From Eledone cirrhosa (taxonomy: Eukaryota): a DNA stretch of 64,000 nt. Shown one piece after another: positions 32,151 to 46,066 of this stretch (position 1 is the stretch's first letter; the number at the start of each line of letters is the position of its first letter). The notes under the pieces were generated by a model, which saw nothing but the letters and a program-made list of their open reading frames with translations, was not told the origin of the DNA and ran no database searches. Made by a program: the position numbers and the translations under genes. Location of the stretch: positions 29,512,001 to 29,576,000 of the forward strand of contig OZ024757.1 of assembly GCA_964016885.1 (NCBI GenBank), read 5' to 3'.

Positions 32151-32535
32151 CAATAATGATATACATATATACACACACACACACACGCACACATATAAAC
32201 ATATCTATATACACACACACACACGATAGCAACTAATAGCGCTGCGATCGAATATGGCTTTTTAGCCCAGCCAATGATCTAAAATGTCTTGCACAGAGTC
32301 GGCAACCAAAACATTCACTGGGAATAGCCGGCTGTGGTTGGAGTTAATGTACTTTTGCATGTCGCTTGAGCCCTCCTGCTGATTTACATTCTCTACCACA
32401 TGCTTGGCAAGCATGATGAGTAGCATCTCCAACAGCAGCCTGGTAGTCAACCACTGGTCTTACTTTATGACTGCGAAGATGACTTTCGAGTCCAGCTTTG
32501 CTTAGGCAGAGTCTCGCACATACGCTGCATGTCAT
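31915..32535 (-). mobile_element. RTE-type LINE 3' end with three C2H2 fingers and (TATG)n tail
   Basis: One minus frame: CSVCARLCLSKAGLESHLRSH..CQACGRECKSAGGLKRHAKVH*..CRLCARHFRSLAGLKSHIRSQ. 3'UTR gcaatggccatactcgataacg..gcagccatcat then (gtat)n at 31915-32035. Confidence 0.75.
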
Positions 32536-32890
32536 ACATACATACATACATATACATACATGATGGTGGCTGCCATCTCGTTTTCGAGTACGGCCACTAC
32601 TTTATATCCATGTAGGAGAACCCCCCACCGATGCGCTGAACGAGTGTGACTTCTTAGTCCAGCCAGCGACTTGAAAACTCTGGTACAAACACTACACTTG
32701 AGACAATTATTGACACATAGTGCTGGGCCCATGGTACCATATGACGACAAGTGCAGAGAGATCTCCAGATATAAAGCAATGCCTGTGCCGTGAAGCTTTT
32801 ATAGTGAGCAAAGGCAGTGCACAAAGCCAGTCCCACTCTCTTAACCAAGATGATATTTACCAAAAAGAAGAACAAGTCAACATCATTGGA
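32533..32890 (-). mobile_element. Third RTE-derived composite: inverted putative 5' region (32745-32890) + last finger and 3' end (32559-32730)
   Basis: Minus CSVCTRVFKSLAGLRSHTRSAH and gtactcgaaaacgag..gcagccaccatcat(gtat)n. Plus gcaatgcctgtgc..ccagtcccactctc..caacatcattgga is homologous to the inverted pieces at 18890-19005 and 19250-19370. Confidence 0.65.
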
Positions 32891-32968
32891 TACATACATA
32901 CATACATACATACATACATACATACATACATACATACATACATACATACATACATACATACATACATA

Positions 32969-34010
32969 CCCAGGGAAGTCGCTCAGCAGTATCGCAGTGA
33001 ATCCATGGATGAAAAACTGCATGCTTATCAGCAAAAAATCATGCATGGGTATATTGCAAGGAAGCTCCAAAGTGAGAGTAATATAGATAAGGAAAGTAGT
33101 CTATCTTGGACCAACAACTGCTATATTGGCTCCCACTTTGAAGGATACGCTTTTGCAATCCAAGAACAGGAGATTAACACGAAATAATTGATTTACAAAA
33201 GAGATAGATATGCAGGCAAAAAATCTAGATGTGATAAGTGCAGACTTTGAGGAACTAACATCGAGGATATCACCCATGTCATCAGCAGCTGTCTAAAGAT
33301 GTCATCGCGGTACTATCTACCTATGAGGCATGATGTAGTGGCCAAAACGCTGTACAATGCAGTTCGTAAAAAAGATAGCCCCGATAATAAACACATTAAA
33401 AGCTACAGCCATGTGGAAGACATCCATGTACATAATATGAAAGAGTACTGGTGGAATGTTCCAGTAAAAACCCCAATAAATTGCAGGCATAACAGACCAG
33501 ATATTATGATATGGGACAGGGAGAAGAAAGCATGCACAGTAGTGGAAATTAGCTGCCCAGCAGATGCCAATATAATATCAAAGATTAGCGAAAAGAAGAT
33601 TATTTATGCAGAACTGATGAGAAATCTGCAGATACTCCACCCTGATTACACCTTCAGATTTATGCCTGTGATTATTGGGGTACTGGGATATGTTAGTAAC
33701 TGACTCAATACAAATCTTGAGACGCTAGGCTTCACAGGAACAGAAGAACACAAATGGAACAGTAAAAATATGTAAAACAGTCCAAAAATATTGCATCTAA
33801 TAACTGCATATACACATGTACAGATACAAAGCATATACACATGCACACATACAACTCAAAACATACACATCCATATCTACACATGCAGACATAATGTACC
33901 TAGTTGATGTTGTATAAATTCCAATGAGAGAGTCTTGTGTCTATGTTAAAAACCGACTCTCTCTCTATTGGTAAAAATTTGTGAAATTATAAAACCAGAA
34001 GGACATACAT
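32969..34010 (+). mobile_element. R4/Dong-like RLE non-LTR retrotransposon, 3' ~1 kb
   Basis: HGY..EGYAFAIQEQEINTK*..CRL*..EDITHVISSC..RHDVVAK..HNRPDIMIWD..VEISCP..PVIIGVLG gives a CCHC knuckle plus PD-(D/E)xK nuclease; in-frame stops. TACA-type repeats on both sides. The 3' boundary is inferred. Confidence 0.88.
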
Positions 34011-34484
34011 ATATACGTACGTACATGCATACCCAAAGGGCCTGATATTGTTGTTTGGGGCCAGCATTGAAAAATACAAGAGAAGGAGGACATCTAGAGA
34101 CCATTGATGAGGAGCTTGCAGATACAGTATCCGAGATACACCTTCAGCTTCATACCCATCATTATTGGAACTATCGATTATATACCAACCTGCTTGGACC
34201 AAAGTATCACTGAATCTGGATGTGTGGACAAATAAAGCAGCTTCCTAATTAATAGACTACAAATGGCTGCGATAGCTGACACCTTCAAAATTTGCAAAAC
34301 ATTCTTACAATTCAAAGGATGACAATTTCTTTTCTTTTACCACCTTGCCACTAGGGAGGTGGCCGATCAAAAATGAACTCAAAATTAAGAGAAAGAGAAA
34401 CATACATAATGGCGGCAATCGATTGTCAGATTACAGAAAATGGCGCGCGCACGCACACACACACACACACACACATACACACAT

Positions 34485-34562
<78 letters not shown>

Positions 34563-34819
34563 ATTCGTACATGTTTTTTTACAATACTCTCAGACAGGCC
34601 TGTACATTTTCATTAGCATTGTATTGACGCAATTGTCATTAGAAGACTTCGAGATAAAATATACTTGAAATTCAGCAGGTTAACCTTGTTACACTCTCAG
34701 TCAAGTTGATACGGTAGATAGAAGTATTTGTGGCATATTAAACAATTTAATCAATTAATTGTCTTCGCACCAAAATTTTAAACTTTCTGAAATGTTGTAG
34801 TTTGCATGAAGCATTCTAT

Positions 34820-35030
34820 ATCTCTATATATATACCACTAAAACTCTGTGATAGTGTGTTTGTCTGTAATTTAATAGAGTCAAAACGGCGCATAATGGGA
34901 AAATTATTTGAAAGGAAGTTGCCCTTGAAATCGGAATTCGAATAGAATAAAACAAGTTTCGCGTAAATCGGAGCACGGTTTCGGAGATACGCTGTTTTTT
35001 TTCCGGGTACCTTCATAAATGGCCGACAGC
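34820..35030 (+). mobile_element. Possible Helitron-like 5' fragment
   Basis: tctatatatat..aaaactctgtgatagtgtgtttgtctg start and aagtttcgcgtaaatcggagcacggtttcggagat motif; no 3' CTAG hairpin found. Confidence 0.3.
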
Positions 35031-35249
35031 TCCGTGATAACCAATAACCCTCTATCTCTCTATGTATATAACCCCGTCTCTATATATATTATAACCCTCT
35101 CTCTATATAAGATGAGGTAACGAAAAGGTAAGTCATCTGGTATTATTTGTTTTGTTTTTTGTTGTTTCTGTTCTTCCTTCAGTCCTAATATTTCGGGACC
35201 TGAAATTCCCTTCTTCGGAGTTTAAGTGTTTAAGGAACTTTCAGAGAAT

Positions 35250-35439
35250 AACTGTTTCTACTTTTGGCACAAGGCCAGCAATTACCCCCAGTGCATTACT
35301 GGTGCTTTATTTTAACGACCCCATAAGGATGAAAGGCAAATTTGATATCGGCAGGATTTGAATTTAGACGGTAAATGACCGTAACTCTATGCTGCAAACA
35401 TGGCGTCCGACCCTCTACCGATACTACCAATCCACCGCC
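35250..35439 (-). mobile_element. Full-length SINE S1
   Basis: All S1 motifs in reverse. Confidence 0.9.
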
Positions 35440-35804
35440 TTTTAGAGAATAATGTCGTTGAAAGTTTAATGTTTAGAAGTTTCTCATTTGGTCTTTGATC
35501 AATTAATTTTGTATCGACCATGCTTCGCTGAGATGCTTCATTAAAACCGAAATATACCAGACATTGTTGCTCTAACATAAAAACATCAGACTCACAGCTA
35601 ATTTATTTTAAGTCGACTGAAACTTTGTGATTTTCTCATTTGCCTCTTGTCATAATATTCTTTTCTTTTTTTTCGATTTTCTCATTGCGTTTAAAATTTC
35701 AATTAATTAAGAATCTTTTTCGACATAGCACTTCACGTAAAGTAGTCTGCAAATAGCCATCCCCCACCATACACAAGAATATGAGGCCTCTGAGGTCAGA
35801 CATA

Positions 35805-35960
35805 AGATTTAAATGGTTGAAAAGGTTTGCTTCACAATCAAAAGGTCTTGGCTTCGATTCCACATCGTAGCGTCTTGGTGAAATCTCATCTACTGCATCC
35901 TGCGGTCTAACCAAGCCTTGTCAGTGATATTACATAGACGGAAACTCGTAGAGAGTCCAT
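35805..35960 (+). mobile_element. Degenerate tRNA-derived SINE (family S3)
   Basis: B-box-like cttcgattcc and 3' ccaagccttgtcagtg..tagacggaaact; a weaker minus copy may lie at ~30430-30550. Confidence 0.5.
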
Positions 35961-36016
35961 TGGTTCGACTTTTGCAAACACCAATTGCAGAGGAAGATAG
36001 AAATCAGAACTTATTA

Positions 36017-36197
36017 CTGGTAGATTGGCAGTATCGGTAGACGATCGGACGCCATGCTTTGCAGCATATAGTTACGGCCCTTTATGATCTGAGTTCAAAT
36101 CCCGCCGAGGTTAACTTTGCCTTTAATCCTTACGGATTTAATCCTTACGGGATCGATAAAATAAAGTACCAGTAATTCACAAAAGTAGAAACAATTT
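36017..36197 (+). mobile_element. SINE S1, internally rearranged
   Basis: A/B boxes, duplicated tttaatccttacgg, 3' deletion. Confidence 0.88.
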
Positions 36198-36554
36198 TTA
36201 CACTCGGGTTCCAAATAATAGCGCGGATTGGATTAAGCACGAAGGTGTGTGTGTGTGTGTGTGTGTGTTTGGAATATTCAGTGGTTGGAAAATGGGTAAT
36301 CCTTCTCGGCTGTCTCCGTTGATTTTTTTTTTTAAACAGAATCAGTTGTTTCGTTTCCATATTATCTATTTATTTTAACAACGTGTGGAATTTCTAGTAA
36401 TGTACGTTTTTTTTTTTTTTTGTCATGTATAATATTAGCAAAATTTAATAAGTAGGGAGGAGTAGATAAGAGAGGGGCTTTGGAAAAAATCTGAAAATTA
36501 AGAAGCGGAATGGGGAACGATTATTCGCGAACTAAGAGTACATTGGATACCAAC

Positions 36555-36922
36555 TTGGCCTTTCTTTCTACCAGGATCGATAAAATAAAGTACCAGTCAC
36601 GCACTGGGATTGATTTAATCGACTTTCCCCTCACCCAAAATTGTTTGCATTGTGTCTAAATCAGTAAGGGTGGTGGATTGGCAGTATTGGTGGAGAGTCG
36701 GACACCATGCTTTGCAGCATAGGATTACGGCCCTGAACGGTCTGAGTTCAAATCCTGCCGAGGTTCACTTTGCCTTACATCCTTACGGGGTCGATAAAAA
36801 TAAAGTACCAGTCACGCACTGGAGTTGATTTAATCGACTTTCCCCTTCCCAAAAATTGCAGGCCTTGTGCCCATATAAGAAACCATAATTATTATTATTG
36901 TTATCATTATTATTATTATTAT
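36555..36922 (+). mobile_element. Two tandem long-form SINE S1 copies with (ATT)n tail
   Basis: Both carry gcactgg..tgatttaatcgactttcccct, which is absent from short-form copies. Confidence 0.88.

Positions 36923-37017
<95 letters not shown>
36923..37017. repeat. (AGT)n microsatellite
   Basis: Pure run contiguous with the SINE (ATT)n tail. Confidence 0.95.
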
Positions 37018-37018
<1 letters not shown>

Positions 37019-37689
37019 GTTTTATGGTTTAGATATTCCGAAGAAAAATATTTCACAACCACCATCACCATTCTTTTCGTCAATATTTTTATTACTTTCA
37101 CCATTAAAATTATTTATGATAATATAATTATGATTATCGTTTAAGTGTTAGAAATCATAAATTTAATAATATTAATAATAATAATAAAAATAACAATGGC
37201 AACAACAACAACAATGACAACCAAAATAACGACGACAATTACCTTTACTATAAATATTACTTCGTTTCTATTAATTCCCACACCGATTTCAATCGTTTTA
37301 CCACACCTAGCCCTCTACACCACAGACATACACACCATACTCACACACCATATACACATCCACACGTACACTCCATGCCTTCAGAATTACACCACAGACA
37401 CAACCCCGTACTTTTACACGCATATCTATACTCTCATATGCGAAAACCTAAGACATAAACACATTCTCATTTACATACTCAAACACACAACCATCAAACC
37501 AGCAAAACTTACACGAACACAGCCACCCATCATACACACACGTATACATACATACCTCGCTCACCAACAGTATCTAACAATCACGTTTATATATACTTCT
37601 AAACTCAAACATGAATACATACAAATATATACTTACACACACACATACATACAAATAAAATATACTTACACACACATACACACATATAT

Positions 37690-37880
37690 ATATATGTGTA
37701 TATATATACATATATACACGTTCACCGTCAGTATTTTACAATCACAGATATATATATACGTCCAAAGTCATACACACATAGATATATATATGTGTATATA
37801 TATACATATATACACGTTCACCGTCAGTATTTTACAATCACAGATATATATATATACGTCCAAAGTCATACACACATACA
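37690..37880. repeat. Tandem duplication, ~96-bp unit x2
   Basis: cacgttcaccgtcagtattttacaatcacagat..cgtccaaagtcatacacacata occurs twice. Confidence 0.9.
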
Positions 37881-37987
37881 TATATATATATATACACACA
37901 CACACATATACATCCATACATGCACGCACCCACACATGGACACAAATCTACATATATACTTATATATATATATGTATACACTCACAC

Positions 37988-38043
<56 letters not shown>

Positions 38044-38696
38044 CTATATGTATAAGAACAGCAAGACGCACACATTTTAAACTATCCAATCAACAAATGG
38101 CGATATCAACGCTCCAGACTAATTTAAACAGGTTTCGTCACATGACTTCCCTTCATACTTACATACAGAAACACATACATATATAAATACATACACACAT
38201 ACATATACACATACATAGACACATACAATGCTCAAATGCACATGGGCATACAAAGAATCCTACATACAACAGGTACATCCCATAAACGCACACCGGCACG
38301 CACACGCTGTATATAAATACACACCTAGGGCAAGAAGCAAATGCAGATAGACATACAAACATACATACAACAAATACATGCATATACACGCACTCGTGTG
38401 TTTGTAGGCAGGACGTGGGTGGTGTAACTTTGTCTCTATTTTGTTGTTGTTCAGGATTAGGTGTAAATTGTGGATGAGCATTCAGCTGATGCCTCACAAG
38501 ATTCCGAAGTGGAATCAGCTTAACACGATATGTGACAAGGTCACAGGCAAGAGATTTATCGTTCACTCTCATTTTACAGCTAGTTAAGGTTGTTGGATTG
38601 GCAGAATCGTTAGAGCGCCAGGTGAAATACTTTATGTACATGTATGTGTAGATCTTTACGTTCTGAGTTCAAATCTCGCCCTGGACAACTTTGTCA

Positions 38697-39298
38697 ATTT
38701 TGACCATTGTGGCACGGTAAAGTTGTTTAAATAGACACCTCGATTTTGTTTAATGGTATATATTTTTTATCAAACTCTGAAGGATCAAAGGTAAAGATGA
38801 CCACCTGGGTTTGAACTCAGGATGTAAAGAGTTAGAACAAATACATGTAATCTTACCAGGCTCCACCATCCTTAGCCACACATGTCATTGAAAGAGACCC
38901 TGGTGTTGTCGCTTGCTAGAACGTCCTTTTGCGTCATACCATACATTCTAAACGATGACAACTATATTGATTGAAGAGGCTCCAGTGTGGTCACATTTTG
39001 ACCATTGTGGAAGGGTTAAAGTTGATTAAATAGACTCCTAGTTTTTGAATGGTATATATTATTTTTATGGAACTCTGAAGGATGAAAGGCAAAGTTGACT
39101 GGCGGGATTTGAACTCAGAATGTAAAGAGTCAGAACAAATGCATGTAATCTTGCTAGGCACCAAACCCTTAGCCACAAATGTCATTGAAAGAGCACAGGT
39201 GTTGTCACTTGCTAGACCGTCCTTTTGTGTAATTCCATACATTGTATAACAACTACGATGACAACTACAATGATTGAAAACGCTCCAGTATGGTCACA
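38697..39298. repeat. Old tandem duplication, ~300-bp unit x2, containing a minus-strand S1-like fragment
   Basis: Both units run attttgaccattgtgg..ctctgaaggat.aaagg..ttgaactcag..ccttagccaca.atgtcattgaaagag..gctccagt.tggtcacat. An S1-like head precedes at 38590-38695. Confidence 0.85.
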
Positions 39299-40056
39299 TG
39301 CTAAGATGTCGTGTGTCATTCGAAGTAGGCGGGTTACATAACTGTCAGAATGTGTAATTTCTTCATATGGCAAGCTCTGCACAATACTGTATTAGTACTA
39401 AATCAGTTATTAATAAGCTATTGACATGCTGTCACAGAAACATAAAATCAGGTGACCACTCAACCATTTCATCACAAAATTCCATTTTCCAATGCGACTC
39501 CCGTAACAAATGCAATTGTATCACGCTCCTGTCAACAAATCAGTTTTCCTGTAGTGTATCTGGATCAAATCTACACGGCAGTGTAAAAGTAGACGTCATT
39601 AGTGGTGCCTGGGGGCGAACTCAGTTGGCAGTGAAAGGAATACTCCCTTGCTAGATAGCCGACTCTACAGGAGAGGTTGTATTTAGTATTGTTAACTTTA
39701 CATTGTACGGTGAAGGCAAGAGAGGCATTATCGAGTGGTGCAAGGATGAGCATTTACAATCGTAAGGCTGTGAGTTTATATATATATATACAGTGAAAAC
39801 TGGAACTGGAATAAAAACAGAGAGCCAGTACAAACAAAGGTTTATTAGTTTCACGCTCTTGATATATATATATATATATATATATATCAAGGGTGTGTAA
39901 CGAAAAGTTACTGTAAGTGGACCTAGGTGAGCACTCGATGTCTAGATTCACGTCTGAAGCGAAGTGTAGAGCTAAACATAGTGTAAATATAATAATAAAA
40001 TGACGATTTGTTATGCCTTCATTACGTCTGTATTATATATATAAATATATATATAT

Positions 40057-40123
40057 ATTAAAATAACAGATTAAAGTTTAAGCAAAGAATCGCTGCTTTC
40101 ACCCTTAACGGGATCTTCTGAAA
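40057..40123 (-). mobile_element. Repeat P1, 5' half
   Basis: Reverse complement of tttcagaagatccc..ttattttaat, abutting (TA)n. Confidence 0.85.
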
Positions 40124-40137
40124 CTCATATCTATATA

Positions 40138-40312
40138 TACAAAGGGTGAACGAAAAAATGTATACACACTGTATTTACTCATACAGGCAATATTTATTAG
40201 AATGCTGTTGGCTGTATGTATAAGTTTTTTTTTAACGGGGTATATTAAATAAAGTACGAGTAATGCGCTGGGATAATTGCTGGCCTTGTGCGTAAAGTAG
40301 AAACAATTATTT
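40138..40312. mobile_element. MITE M1 remnant followed by a SINE S1 3' fragment (40235-40312, plus)
   Basis: aaaaatgtatacacact..aatatttattagaatgctg, then aaataaagtacgagtaatgc..ggccttgtgc.taaagtagaaacaatt. Confidence 0.65.
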
Positions 40313-40945
40313 CGACGGCAATAAAAGAAGTACCAGTCCGGGATGGAGTAGCAATCTCTCTTTTCTTCCACCCGATTGATCAAGGTTCGAAATAGTGCTG
40401 GTGTCTACTCGTCTTAGCACGAGCGTCTAATATACTTAGTAAAAATCATTATACATAATACCAAGTCATACTACATTGCCAGTGAAGACTGTAGGAATTT
40501 TTTTAGTTTAATTTTTAGTTTTTAATTTTCATAAACATTAACCACCCGTCTTCACGCGAGAAAATTAACAACTATTTTCGGGATAACTCAGCAAATTGTT
40601 CCTTCGTAGTTAGTATAAAAGATGAGAATTTAGATATAGTATATGCATTTGTGATTCAATATTTGCTATCACTAATCAGAATGAAAAAAATATCAATATA
40701 ACGGAAATAATTAAGATCGTAATAGTGATAGGGTGTAATATGGAAATACTACAGGTAGTAGCAAACTATTCTGTTAATTCTACCAACAAATGTTGTAATC
40801 TGACCAAAAATCTGTTCCTTTCTATTAAATAAGAAGAATTAGAAATATGATTTTTTTTTCACAAACAATAAATAACATAGGCATATGAAACACGAAAAGT
40901 AACTTACACATCGATGTATTTAGTTAAACACACTCTTTCTCTCTA

Positions 40946-40977
<32 letters not shown>

Positions 40978-41368
40978 ATGATGTATATAGTTAGACACTC
41001 TCAGAAACATATACATACACAATTATAAATTTGTATGTATTTAAATATATGCGTGCGTGTCTGTGAGTGTGCGTGTATATATATATACATAATATATAAT
41101 GTAATGTCTATATAAAGAAGAAGAGATATTATCTCGAAACTTAAGTGAATTTAAATAAATATAAGGTAAAAGACTAATTGTCAACAATATCTTTTGCATT
41201 TGCATTCTTTATTCTATGTCCATACCTGCATTGTTTTAGCTTTATTATACATATACAAACGTTTATAATATATATAAATGTAATATATATATATTATATA
41301 TATATGTAATATATATAAATATATAATATATAATATATATAATATATATATATGTAATATATATATAT

Positions 41369-41485
41369 AATTGTTTCTACTTTAGGCACAAGGGCAGCAA
41401 ATACCCAGTACATTACTGGTACTTTATTTTATCGACCCCGTAAGGATGAAAGGCAAAGTTAACCTCGGCGGGATTTGAACTCAGA
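41369..41485 (-). mobile_element. 5'-truncated SINE S1
   Basis: Tail to B box, embedded in (TA)n. Confidence 0.9.
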
Positions 41486-41640
41486 CTGTAATATATATAT
41501 ATATGACGTATCTTATTACGTTTTTCCCGTTCTTTGCCAGGGAACGTTTCCACGAACCAAAGTATCATCTTCCTGTCTTCCCCCGGTTGCAAAGTTTTTT
41601 TTAATTTTCACTTCTGCGTTCACAGATTGACTTCGTTAGA

Positions 41641-41800
41641 TTCAGAAGATCCCGTTAAGGGTGAAAGCAGCGATTCTTTGCTTAAACTTTAATCTGTTAT
41701 TTTAATAAATATTTGCTCTACAGTTCTTATATATTTGATATATATTTATCCTTATGGAGCCCTCTTTGGATTTTAGTCTTCAAATGTATTATTATTACTA
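41641..41800 (+). mobile_element. Repeat P1, colinear ~160-bp copy
   Basis: 5' half continues through aaatatt into tgctctacag..ggattttagtcttcaaatgtattattattac and then (TA)n. Confidence 0.85.
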
Positions 41801-42926
41801 TTATATATATATAATATATATATATGTAATATATATATATATAATATATATATATATAATATATATATATATAATATATATATATATAATATATATATAT
41901 ATAATATATATATATATATAATATATATATATATAATATATATATATATATAATATATATATATATATAATATATATATATATATAATATATATATATAA
42001 TATATATAATATATATATATATAATATATAAATATATATATAATATATAAATATATATATAATATATATATGTAATATATATATATATATATAATATATA
42101 TATATATAATATATATACATATAATATATATATATATAATATATATATATATATAATATATAAATATATATATAATATATATATGTAATATATATTTATA
42201 TATAATATATATATATAATATATATATGTAATATATATATATATAATATATATATATATAATATATATATATATAATATAAATATGTAATATATATATAT
42301 GTAATATATATATAATATATATATATATAATATAAATATGTAATATATATATATGTAATATATATAATATATATATATATAATATAAATATATATATATG
42401 TAATATATATAATATATATATATAATATAAATATGTAATATATATATATGTAATATATATAATATATATATATGTAATATATATATATATAATATATATA
42501 TATATAATATATATATATGTAATATATATATATATATAATATATATATATATAATATATATATAATATATATATATATATAATATATATATAATATATAT
42601 ATATGTAATATATATATATGTAATATATATATATATAATATATATATATAATATATAATATATATATATATAATATATATATATAATATATATATATAAT
42701 ATATATATAATGTATATATATATATAATATATATAATATATATATAATATATATAATATATATATAATATATATAATATATATATAATATATATATACTA
42801 TATATATATAATATATATATATAATATATATATATAATGTATATATATATAATATATATATATGTGGAATATATATGTAATATATATATATACATAATAT
42901 ATATATATATATATCATATATATATA
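41801..42926. repeat. (TA)n/TAA compound microsatellite
   Basis: About 1.1 kb of nearly pure A/T with gtaat interruptions. Confidence 0.95.
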
Positions 42927-44110
42927 TAATTGTTTCTACTTTTGGCACAAGGCCAGCAATTATCCCAGTGCATTACTAGTACTTTATTTTATCGACCCCG
43001 TAAGGATGAAAGGCAAAGTCAACCTCGGCGAGATTTGAACTCAGACCATAAAGGGCCGTAACTCTTTGCTGCAAAGCATGGCGTCCGACCCTATACCGAT
43101 ACTGCTAATCCACATGTTAAATATATGTATATGTAATATATATAATATATATATGAAATATATATATATAATATATATATATAAAATATATATATAATGT
43201 ATATATATATATGAAATATATATTTATAATATATATATATATATCATATATATATATAATGTATATATATATATATATATATAATATATATATATGTAAT
43301 ATATATATATCATATATAATTGTTTCTACTTTAGGCACAAGGACAGCAATTACCTGTGCATTACTGGTACTTTATTTTATCGACCCCGTAAGGATGAAAG
43401 GCAAAGTCAATCTCGGCGGGATTTGAACTCAGATGGTAAAGGGACGTAACTATGCTGGAAAGCATGGCGTCCGACCCTCTACCGATACTGCCAATCCACC
43501 GCCCTTATATATATATCATTATATATATCATTATATATATCATATATAATGTTTATATATATATCATTATATATATCATTATATATATCATTATATATAT
43601 CATTATATATATCATATATAATGTTTATATATATATCATTATATATATCATTATATATATCATATATAATGTTTATATATATATGAAATATATATATATG
43701 AAGTATATATATATAATATATATATATATCATATGTATGATGTATATATATATAATATATATATATGTAATATATATATATATATCATATATATATAATG
43801 TATATATATATATTAAATATATATATATGAAATATATATATATAATATATATAAATCATATTTATAATGTATATATATATATGAAATATATATATATATA
43901 TAATATATATATATTATATATATAATGTATATATATATAATTGTCTCTACTTTAGGCACAAGGCCAGCAATTACCAGTGCATTACTGGTACTTTATTTTA
44001 TCGACCCCGTAAGGATGCAAGGAAAAGTCAACCTCGGCGGGATTTGAACTCAGATCGTAAAGGGAAAGCATGGCGTCCGACACTCTACTTATACTGCCAA
44101 TCTACCGCCC
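42927..44110 (-). mobile_element. Three co-oriented SINE S1 copies spaced by TA tracts
   Basis: Copies at about 42927-43112, 43318-43504 and 43938-44110. Confidence 0.92.
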
Positions 44111-44319
44111 TTTGTATATATATAAACACACACAAGCGTAGTCATACAATACTTCCTCTACTCATCTCAAGTGATACAATACACGAGGCATTATTCAGTT
44201 GAGTTCACAATAAGTAATTCAAAATGAATTAAATTACTTAAAGCTATGACTGCCTCGGTGTGAAGAGTGAAACGAAAATTAATGAATCTCGAATATACCA
44301 TACAACGTGTCTATCTAGA

Positions 44320-45092
44320 CATACATACAAACATACATATATATATACATATTCATATACAACTCTATATATATATACATATATGTATACAACTCTACAT
44401 TGGTATACATATATATATACAGATATATATACATATATATATATGCATATATATTTACATATATATACATATATATATATATGCATATATATATACATAT
44501 ATACAGATATATATATATGCATATATATATACATATATACAGATATATATATATACATATATATATACATATATATACAGATATATATATATACATATAT
44601 ATATATGCATATATATATACATATATACAGATATATATATATACATATATATATATGCATATATATTTACATATATATACATATATATATATGCATATAT
44701 ATACAGATATATATATATACAGATATATATATACATATATATATATGCATATATATATACATATATATACAGATATATATATATATACATATATATATAT
44801 ATGCATATATGTATACATATATATACAGATATATATATATATACATATATATATGCATATATACATATATATATACAGATATATATATATACATATATAT
44901 ATATGCATATATACATATATATACAGATATATATATATACATATATGTATATGCATATATATATACATATATATACAGATATATATATATATATGCATAT
45001 ATATATATACATATATATACATATATATGTATATATATACATATACATATACATATATATACATATACATATATATACATATATATATATAC

Positions 45093-45123
<31 letters not shown>

Positions 45124-45616
45124 CATATATATATATACATATACATATATACATATACATATATATATATATACATATACATATATATACATATACATAT
45201 ACATACATATACATATATATACATATATATATACATATATACATATATATATATACATATATACATATACATATATATACAGATATATACAGATATATAT
45301 ACATATATATACAGATATATATACATATATATACAGATATATATACATATATATATACATATATATATATATACAGATATATATATATATACATATATAT
45401 ACAGATATATATATATACAGATAAATATATATATATATACATATATATACAGATATATACATATATATATACATATATATACAGATATATACATATATAT
45501 ATACATATATATACAGATATATACATATATATATACATATATATACAGATATATATATATATATACAGATATATATATATATACATATATATATACATAT
45601 ATATACATATATATAC

Positions 45617-45655
<39 letters not shown>

Positions 45656-45672
45656 TATATACATATATATAC

Positions 45673-45751
<79 letters not shown>

Positions 45752-45814
45752 TATACAGATATATATATATATATATACATATATATATACATATATATAC
45801 AGATATATATATAC

Positions 45815-45845
<31 letters not shown>

Positions 45846-45882
45846 CACATACATACATATATATATACATATATATATATAC

Positions 45883-45914
<32 letters not shown>

Positions 45915-46034
45915 ACATATATATATACACATACATATATATATATACATATATATATATATACACATACATATATATATATACACATACATATATATAT
46001 ATATACATATATATACACATATATATATATATAC

Positions 46035-46066
<32 letters not shown>

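Noticed and set aside
37145-38080. 311-aa ORF
   Set aside because: Low-complexity A/C/T-rich sequence with very little G, so few stops; no recognisable domain.
39367-39765. Unique GC-richer block with short ORFs (including IADSTGEV)
   Set aside because: Interrupted by a stop and no family could be recognised; left unclassified.
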